A DNA stretch of 57,495 nucleotides from an uncultured virus (IMG/VR IMGVR_UViG_3300025617_000900) (taxonomy: Duplodnaviria > Heunggongvirae > Uroviricota > Caudoviricetes): IMG/VR virus record IMGVR_UViG_3300025617_000900. One strand, written 5' to 3'. Shown in pieces: positions 22,501-31,900 of the stretch; position 1 is the first letter of the stretch, and every line of letters starts with the position of its first letter. The position numbers and the translations under genes were made by a program. The notes below the pieces were generated by a model. It was given only the letters and a program-made list of their open reading frames with translations. It did no database searches and was not told the origin of the DNA.

Positions 22501-25500
22501 AATTAATACTATCGATTTCATATAACCCATTTACTGAATACTGAGCTGCTCCACGAATTCCAAGATAATCGTTAACAGAAAATAATTCATTTGCCCATTT
22601 GTCTAATGTTAATTCTACTAATCGCAAACCGTTTTCTGCTATTTCAGTTATATCAGAATCTAAACTTAGCACATTTACATTTGGATTAATTAATTGCATA
22701 ACTGTCCAATTTTTATTGTCTGTATCAGTTATCCAAATTGTATCACCTAAGCTGATTTGATTAGTGTCAACTGCTGCTAGATCAGTCAAACTTCCTACAA
22801 TAAAATCAACATCGTTTTCGTTTGTATACCCAGATGTTCTAATATATTCACTGGCTATGGTTTTAGTAGGTAACGGTGCGTGATCATAATCTGCAGGTTT
22901 GTCAAATACTTCGTTTGGTAAAATTCTGTAGATCTTATCAAAGTTAGTTGCAGGCAATGTGCTTACAAGCTCAACTGCTTGAGGTGACTCTTGCATTTTG
23001 TCTTGTTGTAAGTTGTACTCAACCTGCTGCACATCATCAACTGCGCCATAACGTCCAACTTGAATTGCCCATTCTTCATAAAACTCTAAGTTATCAGCAG
23101 TATTGCCAAGTGCATCAAACAATTTAGTAAACACATTCATTGTGCCTTTGTCTGCAATTGCACCTCTGTAGAATTTAAACTGGCTTACATCATCATTAAT
23201 AATGTTAGAAAGGTACTGACGCTTTTGATAGCCTATCAAGTTTTGTGCAGCACGTTGCTGGTCAATATCAAAGCTGTCTGAATCTAAATCATAGAAATCT
23301 GTAAATTGTGTAACTCTATAATCAAAGTTAGTCATTAATTGTGATTCAGGCTTTTCACTAAGTCTATACCACAGATTATTATTAAATGTTTGTGAACCAG
23401 ATACATTAGAAGTTGCTACATAATAATATTGTTTGTATTTTACAATATCTCCAATAATATAATCTTTCCATTGTGTCCAGTCTGTAAATTTTGCATCGTC
23501 ATACACAAACCCAGGAATGTTAAGGCCGCCGTTCCAGTTGTCTGATCTATATCCGTTAACACGTATTCTATCTTGTCTATATCCAGTTGCTGGATTATAT
23601 ATTGTATCGTTAAAATCAGTTGTGTTGTCTATTAGTACAACATGCTCTTTTTGTACCAAAGGTAACGATACATGATATAGTCCTTCTTCGGTTCCGACTG
23701 TTTCTATTCCAAAACTGTTTTGATCTCGTAGTACACTATTAAATTCTGAATCTAAAAATAATCCATCGGCTTTAAAAATATTATATCCGTAGAAATCATC
23801 TTTAATGTTGTCTACAATGTAATAATCTTTGTTAAATTCTATTAAATTTGAAGCAGGACTTAACGAAATAAGAGATTTTTCTGCCCATCCTTGTGTTGTC
23901 CAGAATAAAAACTCTTTTGCACTTTGGCTCCAGTTTTCAACTGTATTGGACCCATCAATTACATTTTCAAACCTAAATCCAATTTCTTGTTGTCTTAAAC
24001 TATAACCTAATAAAAAGTCAACTACTTCTTGGGCTGAATTAAGTTTACTTCCGTATTGCAATCGGTCAAGTTTTGTAGTTTTAAAGTTTTTCTTAAATTC
24101 TGCTGTTCTGCCACCTGTTAAAGGAAGTTGTGGCAACTTAATAATATTGTTAGTATCAAATGTGTTGCTGCTAGTAAAAGAGTCAATAACTCGATAATAA
24201 GAATTATTATGTAGTATTACTTCTCCACTTATAAAAGAAGTATTAGGATTCCAAGAAACAGTTTTCTCTGATATTCCGCCTACAGTTACAACTGATTTTG
24301 ACGATCCTTGTTGCGGACTGTAATACTCAAAGTAAGGCTTTTCTAAATTGTAACCTCGTAACACATATCCTATTTCAGCTCTTTCTACAATTACCCCACT
24401 ATAAATTGCCAACTCAGAAGGGCTGCTGGTATTTAAAAATACTTGATAATTTTCTTGAGGTACAAATATACCGTCTTGTGTAAGATTTTGTGTCGGAGAT
24501 CTGCTATCTAATATTAAATTAAATTTTTCTTTGCTAGTAAATCCTGCAATTTTAATTCCAATCTGATTGGTTATTGAAGCAAGGTCATCTGCATAATCTT
24601 GATACACTGTAAGTATATCACTAGCTACTAAGTTATAGATATAATTTACCAAACCAGAAGTCATAGTTCTAGTTTCTGATTGAATAGTGTTCGGTAGTTT
24701 TAAATCTTTAATAACAATCGGCTTGTTTGTTTCAATGTCTGTCCATTGATTTGTTAAATTTTTAGAAATTCTAGAAATATCAAACCCTAAACTCATTGTT
24801 TTTGCAGGTTTATTTAATAATAGTGCTGCTAGTACAGAAAACGGATATTCAGCGCTTCGACGCCACGCATTTTCAACAGGTGAATAATCGCCAAATTTAA
24901 AGTTATTGGTTGCATTTCTTATGTTAAAGTTTTCAGCAATGCCGATATCTAATGGCGATAATAGTTTACCATTACTATTAACAGGAATAAAACTAGTTAA
25001 CCCGGGACGAGAATACTTTAGATCAATACGTGTATTTTTAGGGTCTGAAATACGACCTTCTTCTAGATCCTTCCATAAAACTAAATTATCTCCTGTATAA
25101 GGAGCAGGCCCGTATACTTCATTCCACCAATCAGGCTTAGATGTTAATCCTAGCATTTCCCAAGGGTGACTGTGAGGCCTATCAGTATCAAATAATCTTA
25201 CAAAAACGCCCCGCCAAAAACCTGGATTGGCATTGTTGTTGGGTGACGACGTAGATGAATAATTAAAAGTCCAATTATTATTTCTATTATAAAAAGTATT
25301 TTCAGTATAAGTTTGATTATTTAGGTTATTTTGTAACCACTTATGAAATTCACTTAATAGTGTGTTATCAATTTCTGTTTTTGTAAATTCATTGGTTCTA
25401 AAATCGCCGCCAATAAACTCGTTAATGTCTAATCTATCAGTTGAATATTCTGCTTTAATGTTATTGAATATTCTTTTTTCAAACTCTAATAATAATTCAT

Positions 25501-28500
25501 CTCTAAAGTCTTTATATGCTCTAATATAACTGCCATCGTGACCTCTAATAAATGCAACTCCAATTGGGTACTCGGTAATTTCAATATTATCGTTTCCAGC
25601 AATAGTTGCATCTAATGTAGGTATATAAAATAGCTTGTTCATTCCTACAAAGGAATAAGATTTAGACAAGTTAGCCAAACCTGCTGCACTTTTAGTTGTA
25701 TAAACAGGGTAAAACCACCCTCTTTTTCCAGTTGACTCGTCTTCTCCGTAAATTTTGAAAGGACCAGAAGAAACTGGTTCTTCTGCAAGTACAGTATCGT
25801 CAATTGTTAACTCGGGATAATACTTTGGGTATAGACCTAATTTTGTGGGAGTCGGAGGAATAAAACTACCGTCAGAATTTTCATATTCGAATATTTCAAT
25901 TAAGTCATTTTCAGTTTGGCCTGCATCGATTGAAATATAACCAGGTATATCAAAATTATAATCTTTATTGTAAGTTAGCTGGACATTGTTTAAGTAAACT
26001 ATTACACTTTTAACACTCAATTTACTTAAATTAAAATTAGTACTTAACGGGTAATCTGTTACTCTAGAATCTAAAACAGTGTATTCAATCTTGTTAGATG
26101 ATCCAAAAGGAATCATATCAGAAAAGTAAAATGGTTGAGATTTTAGTTTTCCTGCATTAATTTCTTTTAAAATTTTGTCAACGTGCTCTTTAGTAAGACC
26201 ATCAAATCCTAGTGTTGTTGCAACATCAATAAACGTCTTTTTAAATCTTGAATATTCTTTTTTAGAATACTGCAAAGCTTTAATAATATTATAATTTTTA
26301 TTAGTTATATGATACAGCGGCAAATTGATCGGACCACTATGTTTGACAAACCTCTTACCGTAACGATCTAAATCTCCTAAATCACGGAGGTTACTAGATC
26401 CTAAATATGTGCCTGTATATCCGGGCACATCTTCTAGCATACTATCAACATGATCGATTACTTCGCCTAAAGTAAATTGATTAACGTCATCATTTAATGG
26501 ATTGCGTTCTAAATTATAAGGAAATTCATAATATCCATTATTATTTTTAATACTGTTTGAAGTTGTTTTAATTTTAATAATATCGTCGGCTATCAAATCT
26601 TTTACAAACTTAATAATTGCATTTGAAGAAGATTTATCAATTATATAATCATCATCAAGTAATTGTAACTTATGATTAACGTAAACAACAGTTTTTAAAT
26701 CACTAATACTGCTTGAATTTTCATAGACGTCGATTTCAAAATCGTTAGTCTGCACAGTAGTAGCAGCATATTCTCTTATAACTTTTTGTTTGCTAATAGT
26801 TGGAGTTCGACTAAAGCCATTTTCATAAGTAAAATTAGTAAGAGAAGTATATTTTTTCAAATATCCGCTGTCTATTTTTTGAGTTAATAGTTCAGTATCT
26901 GTTTGATATGTAAAAGTATCGTTTAATAAATTAAAATCAAACGTAATATCGCCTGAATTATCAATTGACTTATAACTTAAAGGAAATCCTAATTCAGTAT
27001 CATCGATGCCATCGCCTTGTGCATATGAAAACAGCTTAGTGCCTTTAAACGTCGACGACCCGTAGTATGTTTCGTCATTGAAACTATTACCATTTACATC
27101 ACATACATCAAACATAGGCGACTGGTTAGTTTCTGTTTTTTCTTGAGCAGCAAGCCATTGACCTTTATGATAATGATAACTTTTGCCTGCGTTTTTTACA
27201 CCTTGTGTAACTAATACAGTTTCAAGATCAATTGGCATAGTATCTTCAGTTTCAATTAAACTAATTTGTCTATTATTTCCAATATTAATAAATTTAACTT
27301 GATAAATTTTTCCGTTTACTAAAATATCTGTATCTGCTGTAAACAAAATGCGCATATTTTCTGCTAGATTAATGCCATCGATATTATAACCAATTTTTCC
27401 TTCGATAGTAGAAAATACATCAGTTGTAAACGTATCAATTAAGTCAATGTCTTTTTTAGCAATTGCACCAAAATTCTCTAGTTTTAATCCTGCTTCAAAT
27501 TCGATGATAGGACGTTTAGCACGAGCCAATTCGTCAACATTTCTAGGCAAATTATTAAATTCAAAACTTTTTAAAATTACATCTTTATGATGCCATCTAT
27601 TGTAACGACTCCATGCATTTCTATCAGGCGTTGCACGGTTGATAACAACATAGTCTTTTTCAGTAGCATAAGAGCTAGCATCAGAAAACGGTAATGTATC
27701 AAAGTTATCAGAGTCAAACGCTATCTGTTTGTTATCACTGTATGCTGCTGGAATTATTAAATCTAAGTCTCGTATTAACTTAATTTTGTCGCCGACGCCT
27801 TCAACATACCAATCACTATTTGCATAAATTTCCGGAGTTACATCGCCTTGAAACTTAATTTTCATACCGTTAGACAGGCTAACATTATTAGAACTTGTAT
27901 ATGTCTTTTTACCTAAAATTTCTTCTTCAACATTTAAGAATGTGTTTTCTTCAACATCGTAAATTCTAATTTGGCCACTAGTATCAACTGCATTTTTACT
28001 AATGTAATACAATTTGTCAGGAGCATTGACTGGTATTGTGAATTCTATAGTACCTTTTTCAATATAAGCAATAGCAACTTCTTCGCCTTCTTCACCTAAT
28101 TTACGTATGCCATCAGGATAAAGTGTAGATACGTTTTCGTCATCTTCAAATGTTACGCTACCTCCACTAGGAAGTATAATAAAATCTCCTTGGTCGTATT
28201 CATTACCATATAGTGATGCACCAAATAGACCGTCGCCTCGCAACCCTTCTGTGCCTGCTGTTAATATAGCAGTGCCAGGTGTAAATGTTCTACTAATTGC
28301 AATAGCCATTGGATGTCCGGGAGCATCAATTTCAAAACGGTATGTTTGTCCTCGATATAGTTTTAAATTAGGATTTCGTGTTAGTCCATCATTAAACACA
28401 TAAGAAATATTATCGCCCTGATCTTCAGTAGTAACTGTGTACGTACTTACTATTTCTCTGCTTTGACCTTGTACAGAAATACTAATTGGGCCGTTTGGTA

Positions 28501-28951
28501 GCCAATAATATTCACGGAAGTTTACAAATTTATCCCAATCAATATTTGGGTTCCATGCATATGTTTCTTGACTGTTTAAACGACTGTGATTTTCTACATT
28601 AGCTCCGAATACATTCAGTTGCCCAATATAATCGTTGTAATCTTTATAAAAAGTTACATTGTCATATAAATCTTTAATAACTGTTGCAGGTTCTAATTGA
28701 TAGTTAGTTCTATTATTGGTGACATCATCAACGTAATTGTCCGCAGCCTTAAATGACTTAGCAGTTTTCCTACCGTAATACCCGTTAATTTTTTCGGCAA
28801 CGCCTGGTTGTATTAATTGATCTAATGTGCCTTGTAAAAACTTTTTGTTAGCTTGTGTTCTAAAAAACTTAGGTAAAAAATCACTTGCCGTGATTTTATT
28901 ATTTTGTCCTGGAACTGGAAGTGCGCTTTCGTTTTGATCATTTTTAGCCAT
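13586..28951 (-). CDS. Giant (5121 aa) virion structural protein, probable baseplate wedge component (gp7-like position)
   Basis: Uninterrupted 15.4-kb ORF directly downstream of the gp6-like gene, with CBM-like, FG-GAP/propeller-like, I..I..PG.GY and FTGDG.T repeats. Confidence 0.75.
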   Translation of the reverse strand: MAKNDQNESALPVPGQNNKITASDFLPKFFRTQANKKFLQGTLDQLIQPGVAEKINGYYGRKTAKSFKAADNYVDDVTNNRTNYQLEPATVIKDLYDNVTFYKDYNDYIGQLNVFGANVENHSRLNSQETYAWNPNIDWDKFVNFREYYWLPNGPISISVQGQSREIVSTYTVTTEDQGDNISYVFNDGLTRNPNLKLYRGQTYRFEIDAPGHPMAIAISRTFTPGTAILTAGTEGLRGDGLFGASLYGNEYDQGDFIILPSGGSVTFEDDENVSTLYPDGIRKLGEEGEEVAIAYIEKGTIEFTIPVNAPDKLYYISKNAVDTSGQIRIYDVEENTFLNVEEEILGKKTYTSSNNVSLSNGMKIKFQGDVTPEIYANSDWYVEGVGDKIKLIRDLDLIIPAAYSDNKQIAFDSDNFDTLPFSDASSYATEKDYVVINRATPDRNAWSRYNRWHHKDVILKSFEFNNLPRNVDELARAKRPIIEFEAGLKLENFGAIAKKDIDLIDTFTTDVFSTIEGKIGYNIDGINLAENMRILFTADTDILVNGKIYQVKFINIGNNRQISLIETEDTMPIDLETVLVTQGVKNAGKSYHYHKGQWLAAQEKTETNQSPMFDVCDVNGNSFNDETYYGSSTFKGTKLFSYAQGDGIDDTELGFPLSYKSIDNSGDITFDFNLLNDTFTYQTDTELLTQKIDSGYLKKYTSLTNFTYENGFSRTPTISKQKVIREYAATTVQTNDFEIDVYENSSSISDLKTVVYVNHKLQLLDDDYIIDKSSSNAIIKFVKDLIADDIIKIKTTSNSIKNNNGYYEFPYNLERNPLNDDVNQFTLGEVIDHVDSMLEDVPGYTGTYLGSSNLRDLGDLDRYGKRFVKHSGPINLPLYHITNKNYNIIKALQYSKKEYSRFKKTFIDVATTLGFDGLTKEHVDKILKEINAGKLKSQPFYFSDMIPFGSSNKIEYTVLDSRVTDYPLSTNFNLSKLSVKSVIVYLNNVQLTYNKDYNFDIPGYISIDAGQTENDLIEIFEYENSDGSFIPPTPTKLGLYPKYYPELTIDDTVLAEEPVSSGPFKIYGEDESTGKRGWFYPVYTTKSAAGLANLSKSYSFVGMNKLFYIPTLDATIAGNDNIEITEYPIGVAFIRGHDGSYIRAYKDFRDELLLEFEKRIFNNIKAEYSTDRLDINEFIGGDFRTNEFTKTEIDNTLLSEFHKWLQNNLNNQTYTENTFYNRNNNWTFNYSSTSSPNNNANPGFWRGVFVRLFDTDRPHSHPWEMLGLTSKPDWWNEVYGPAPYTGDNLVLWKDLEEGRISDPKNTRIDLKYSRPGLTSFIPVNSNGKLLSPLDIGIAENFNIRNATNNFKFGDYSPVENAWRRSAEYPFSVLAALLLNKPAKTMSLGFDISRISKNLTNQWTDIETNKPIVIKDLKLPNTIQSETRTMTSGLVNYIYNLVASDILTVYQDYADDLASITNQIGIKIAGFTSKEKFNLILDSRSPTQNLTQDGIFVPQENYQVFLNTSSPSELAIYSGVIVERAEIGYVLRGYNLEKPYFEYYSPQQGSSKSVVTVGGISEKTVSWNPNTSFISGEVILHNNSYYRVIDSFTSSNTFDTNNIIKLPQLPLTGGRTAEFKKNFKTTKLDRLQYGSKLNSAQEVVDFLLGYSLRQQEIGFRFENVIDGSNTVENWSQSAKEFLFWTTQGWAEKSLISLSPASNLIEFNKDYYIVDNIKDDFYGYNIFKADGLFLDSEFNSVLRDQNSFGIETVGTEEGLYHVSLPLVQKEHVVLIDNTTDFNDTIYNPATGYRQDRIRVNGYRSDNWNGGLNIPGFVYDDAKFTDWTQWKDYIIGDIVKYKQYYYVATSNVSGSQTFNNNLWYRLSEKPESQLMTNFDYRVTQFTDFYDLDSDSFDIDQQRAAQNLIGYQKRQYLSNIINDDVSQFKFYRGAIADKGTMNVFTKLFDALGNTADNLEFYEEWAIQVGRYGAVDDVQQVEYNLQQDKMQESPQAVELVSTLPATNFDKIYRILPNEVFDKPADYDHAPLPTKTIASEYIRTSGYTNENDVDFIVGSLTDLAAVDTNQISLGDTIWITDTDNKNWTVMQLINPNVNVLSLDSDITEIAENGLRLVELTLDKWANELFSVNDYLGIRGAAQYSVNGLYEIDSINLNTVRIRVPLDNDISNFEDEKFTASTLRTIRVDDLSEINNAINQDLYNKQRLWVDTYKTEWAVLENNSVYLNSQAIVNPSEYDSTDQGFSDSVAITKNNNNVFVSAPNDANGKVSVYRRTREQSNLLLDQEIVIDNDDLFTRNDSDFGKSIAVSPDGEYLVVGIPQASDVNTRLAYKTDAVTNESTFDFQPDATYIKNDIVRYRESLWKVNREVLPEIASQPFSTFDTYVNIASSADADSTTLNLLVAGDPGLENNTVNHLLVRAPKDMYLGTSAGDTINLFWNRRSYTYPTLDNYIPFDGLLDTPQNVFADYLSQDHVIVEKIDHVFFVETFISLPLVGSIVTTDTGSAEVAYVGTRRDSAVIYVKDTNGVFDVTGELFINELDFVGFYTEEDTYSTTDAVGGFWFINTSFSYSNNGVYYDTGRGLVYADVKLQGSSRELNPYYNIQNTVGTIGTFVTEKNRASYIEQLSYRGDPSGFDGQDGVERNILSNKWVARVGKTFSDTSTIGDTTEFRLYNLDNRIIDVASAGFSYDILNKQQTIVDIWDGYIDFDLTEFDFSGFAFEPQVGDVIEDVQTPRDGQGGLALTTITTSSAEVVFLKRNFNSVRVYLKVLTGEWLEQSNIGRYQIRRTANTALRGVTDVDRTIGTVSDINNNIILGNQIVGKLLVFENTSDFNIVDNPSILDEEYWFFDETTESGIQRLSNPPYSLNKDYTQIYHIPADKFGTSPALTNEGAVAIYRKLPDGSYRFQNLFVSEYRAPNRYFGSKVSITQTGNYYTLLVGSDSIADIGPDNLRRTHPGAIEIFRHGTKSTDSFKGEYKLTSYQIGDIVIYRDDYYICRKATSNAQNVILDPIYWDKISWKHGKDSNYRGEFDNTYSYRLGSIVSRNNKLWKALTNISIGATEPSDTNDLWESISTNIDYLGYLPNLTSTRFYNEEVFDPIDNLIEFSKSFSISEDSQVLVVTTKQVQTDSTTDTKIAIYRAVGDQFQIDQIISAPDNVTGWADKVAINPAGTQIAISSMLVDTNKINQGVVYVYTQTDGVFVLTQTLTPPNNEESEGFGFGLDFGADNLVVSSLNGDQTIPTTFDVAVYADTEETATTFDNEFTNFRNIKLDKGVVYVYETVNENLIYSEQFVYPLTQTTFGENVYANGNHVYIGMPDQVSNENKGTLLDFRKNANTFAWNVISEGITPVDVDNIRGAFLYNKRENKLVSYIDYIDPVQGKIAGPADQEITFKTSFDPAVYNTGNTSDSSVDPNRAWTDKHTGQVWWNIGTAKFTHAYQGSTTFQKNNWNKLVPGSRIDVYEWVESNYIPSIWDSIADTPSGIVSKISGTSLFGDTRYSTKIIYDEVSKTFSNKYYFWVVNKVTVPVMENRRLSIRDIAALIENPRTQGYPFLSLLSNNKFVLNNFDTFVDNDDLVLNIKYSTGPKKTQNVHSQYKLISDGLKTSKPDPDIERKWFDSLIGFDDNNRIVPDPTITVKNRYGVQNRPRQSMFVNRFEALKQTIERINLKLLETLVVDEYDISALTQLDAAPTEISREYDLTIDTFSELAFVSTNKIVPAILTPVVINGRISRINITDPGRGYKVAPSFKVNGTGSNVDFDIEINNLGQIIDVQLTNTGEGYNSNTTITVRPFTVLVNADETIQDKWALYSWDGKEWYRRKLQSYNVESYWRYTDWFADGYNQFTNINDIIQGSYELPSLQNNIGDIVKIETVGSGGWLLLQKIDDQDSEDYTINYDVIGRQNGTIQFNDTLYDYGKNTVGFDNRSFDSNFYDNTPSIEIRIILETIRDNIFVGDLETEYNQLFIAALRYVMAEQQSVDWMFKTSFVKATHNRESLSKQDITFNNDNLQSYQDFVEEFKPYSTKIREFVSEYNAIDPTNSSISDFDLSPVYNKTSKTIEASNAKIVNGEIVDENLDTTTYPRKHWKDNIGYQITEIKIGDGGSGFTFEPIITLVGGGGTGATAKAYLGYGSITSIKITNPGTGYTTAPTVVISGSQLETGTPARATAVLGNGLVRSPLVKIKFDRTSGTFTFDTLAKTETFTGTGFENRFFLEWPMDLSNTKIKVYVDNILQLRSKYTYENIENTDKSYAREQGKVLFTTPPKLNSVIRIEYVIPLSMLSAEDRIKFAYTPIAGMYGNDLAQLMSGVDYGGVEVRSFDFSSPSGFDSQPWYTDNWDEFDDTFEDEVFTADGSTIAVQLSEPLEDGVVYNLYKNGVRIDDPNYDEGTPTNVYAITNSITGDGTTDVVYVQDLGISLLDGDVFVVRKTTSDGSVIPDLESYDTALTGGDLAYTSARGIAAEEIIVDGDGFVTPTTSSGPEEVVPGQILDTLDIKVYTRDSEGQGVINSQSYIMDSTLTYDLGVIPNSSNAVIVKVADVILPQTDYTIDWSANTVTLDSATVGAELNIVTVSQGTQNLLDFGKLLGDGSTTEFETTVDWEDGASVYASINGVQQTVAAFASETTPKTVIRFEEVVADGAVINYTVFSADEQVNYSQITKDTFTGDGVTNEFNLSNAPLYAIPSEHNVLVKVDNLILNAGYNVKYTIPQNSQREYPFEIFQMPQGSLDVQDVKVFLNGSELSTPLDWRFEIANSNITLSDDIGSPGDTLEMYVITDGDYRINGSTITLDDVPADNSTIEIIQFTNHNLLGIERINYDVVSRTTLIPEDVDYITYNRLTVGEITLRSPAIDAQYVWVAVNGELLSPSVDYYITDDKLKLQLVRRPDADAVIDVIHFTSAASKPKFAYRQFKDMLNRTHFKRLEKSTAKLAQALNYYDLRIELDNAFNLSEPNKSRNLPGVIFIEGERIEYFVKEENTLRQLRRGTLGTGVKDTYDVNTDVFDQNIGKTVPYKDQTLVSNTTADGLTTTFEVSYPVSSINEIEVFVAGTRMRKTPLDVFDYTAALDSPEGDTTIVADFTFDADTNEITLATAPAQDTRVTVVKKVGRAWTDDGVSLSDSENSIARFLRAGTSALPE

Positions 28952-31900
28952 TAGTAACTATAGCCTCCGCCTGTTGTATTTGTGTTGGTATTAGTTGCTT
29001 TTGACATTTCACTTGTTATTCCTGCTGTTGTACTGGAAGCAACACTATTAATTATTGTGCCACTGGCTTGTAAATTTGTAGCTGTTAATTGGTCTATTGT
29101 TTCAATATCCGTTACTTTTGCTGCACTTGCAAACACTTCATCTGGTTCACTTTTTATTTCAAACAAACTACCAAAACTTTGTGTAGTCTGTCTAGGAACT
29201 ATTAGTATACTTACCAGTTTTGGAGATAGCTCGTTCATAATATAGGCACTAAGTTCTTGAAAGTAAAATGTCTCGCCAAAATCCCAATTTTCAATATCAA
29301 AAAACTTATTAATTGACTCAATAATTTCTGATTTAAGTTCATTATCGTTGACAACTAAATTAGGATTTTTAACAATTTTAAATTTAACCTGCAAGTCTGG
29401 AGAAGCTTTATCTCCAAATAAAATTTTGTATTTTGCTGGATGATAAATTATTTCATCACTAATTGATTTAATTTTATTAATTTCGCCGCCATAACTTCTA
29501 AACAATTCATCATTACTAGGAGGCTTAGGTTTAGAAGTTATTATACCCGAGATATACTGTTTAACTTGTGTATCATAAGTTTTTGAAAGTATGTAAGTAT
29601 CAATAATATTACTTGCACTTGGATCAATTCTATAACCGCTATCTGCAACATGAATGTAGTGGAATTTTAGACCTGCTCTGCCAAAGTATGCTTTATAATC
29701 AGTATTAAGAACTGTATTGTTTAATTCCTTGTTTAGCTTTCTAAATACACCTTCATCAATAAGATAAAAAATTTGTCCTTCTAGTCTGCTACTGTAAGGA
29801 GCAATTGCTGATTCGTTTTGCACTACAATAATTTCAGAATTTGCATTTGCAAAATATTTAAAATCTTCTACACCATCAGTAGTTGTATATTTTTTTTGAA
29901 ATACTATCTTATCTGCTGTAGAAATTTCTGTATTTTCCTCACCTACAATTTGTTCAAAAATATCAGGATCATCAATTACGCCGTCATCATCCAAATCAAT
30001 AAATTGAACTTGTATCTTACGGCTATCTAAGTATCCTTCGGCATCTCTATATGCATCAGTAATTGTCCAGTTAAAATCTCTGGTAAACGGTGTTATTTCT
30101 CCAGGTTTTCTATTAATATTTAAAATATCGATTTTATCTCTTACTATTTGACCTGTGCTAGGATCGTAAATCTTATCAGCTGCGTCAAAGAAGAATCTAA
30201 TTTCATCAGCACTTTCCATTACGTATCGTAAATTACGATGTGTAATAGTATATTTTTCGCCATCTGTTTTAAAGTACAACATCCAGCTTGCATCGAGGTT
30301 TTCGCCAGTAATGTCGCCTGCTTTACCTGTAGCAAATTTACTAAGAGTATTAATATCTTCTGCTAGTACAATCTTCCACTGTCTATCATATTGATCATAA
30401 CGCAAAGCAAAATCTTTATATTCGAATACTTGATCAATTAATTGTGTTTTGATATCGTTAATTAGTGTTCGAGAAAAATTAGGAATAATTTGTTCCAATA
30501 GTGCGCCAGTTGGAATAATATCATTTAATACTATCGGAGCAATGCCATCTTCGTCTAGTTCTGTGCCGTTTCCTGATACAGAAATTACTTTAACCCATTT
30601 ATAATCAACTTTGCCTAAATGGTCTCCAACTTCGGAATCGTTCATTAATGTGCCATCGGGCATAAAGTGTTTTCCTTCAGGTGCAACAAATTTTAGCATG
30701 GCGCCTGATTCCAATAGTCGCAAACTGTTAGCAGTGAAAGACCCCACTGTGTAAGGGTTTTCGTCTATATCACGAAATAATCCATTGGTCTGATTTGTGC
30801 TTACACTTGATTGTAACCACGATGCTGTAAGATCACTAACAATAATTTTAGGGTATTTTGCAAGATAAAAATTTTGAGAATTAACATTGCCTAAAATTCC
30901 TTCGATTGTGTTATATATAACTCCCTCGATATCTGTTTGTGTTGAAAATGTAAATGACTGTTTTTCTATAAATTCTTCTTTGTAAATTACACCATCATCT
31001 GAAAACAAACTTGTATTAGAATATTTGCCGCTGGCATCTTTTAGATCAAAAAATCGACTAATTCCGCTACTGATTCTATTTGAACTTTTGGTTTTAATAA
31101 TATCTTGGCTGATTGCAAGAGGTCCAATATTATAATCTTCACCTGTAATCAAACGGTTTTGTGTGTAATACGTAGTAGGTGCATTTTGTTTAATTTCTGT
31201 ATTAGTTTCTGATGCAGTGCCATTATTAATGGTATAATTTAATTTAAGCCCAACAGTAAGAGTATGCAACGAACCGTTTCTTGACTGGTAAGGTATGTCT
31301 ATTGTTAACGTGTTGATAGCACCCGGGGTTATTACACTTCGTAAGTTATTACTAGTTCTATAATAAGATCTAAAATTACCAGTTGGCAGATTTCCAAAAA
31401 CGCCGTCACTGAATACTAAATTAATTCTGTCGCCGATGCGAGTGGTTACAGCAAACACATCTCTAGTCTGATTAAACAAACTATTATAGATAACGTTATT
31501 GCCTTCAGTTGAGTCAATTTTCGTCCATTGATTGCTTTCTATTCCAGCACTGTTTACTGCAAATAACCAGACGTCCGAATCGTTAATATTTTCTACATCA
31601 ATTTGTACAGCTTGGTTAGGAGTAGGATTACTTACTGAAAAATTTCCTGTCTCAAGCTTGCCTTGACGGAAATGCATAAAGAACCCTGTATTATTACTTC
31701 CTGCTCCTTGGCCGTCATCTCGGAAAAGAAATGCAGGACTATTACCAGGAAGCGGAGCTTCTTCTAAAATAGAATCTTCTGATATGTCAGTACTTACAAT
31801 TTCAAATCGAGTACTTACACCTTCGATTCGTTTAGTAAACGGGTATATTGCCTGTCCTGTATTTGTAGCGTTGAATCGATATTTTTGTGTCTGAACATCT

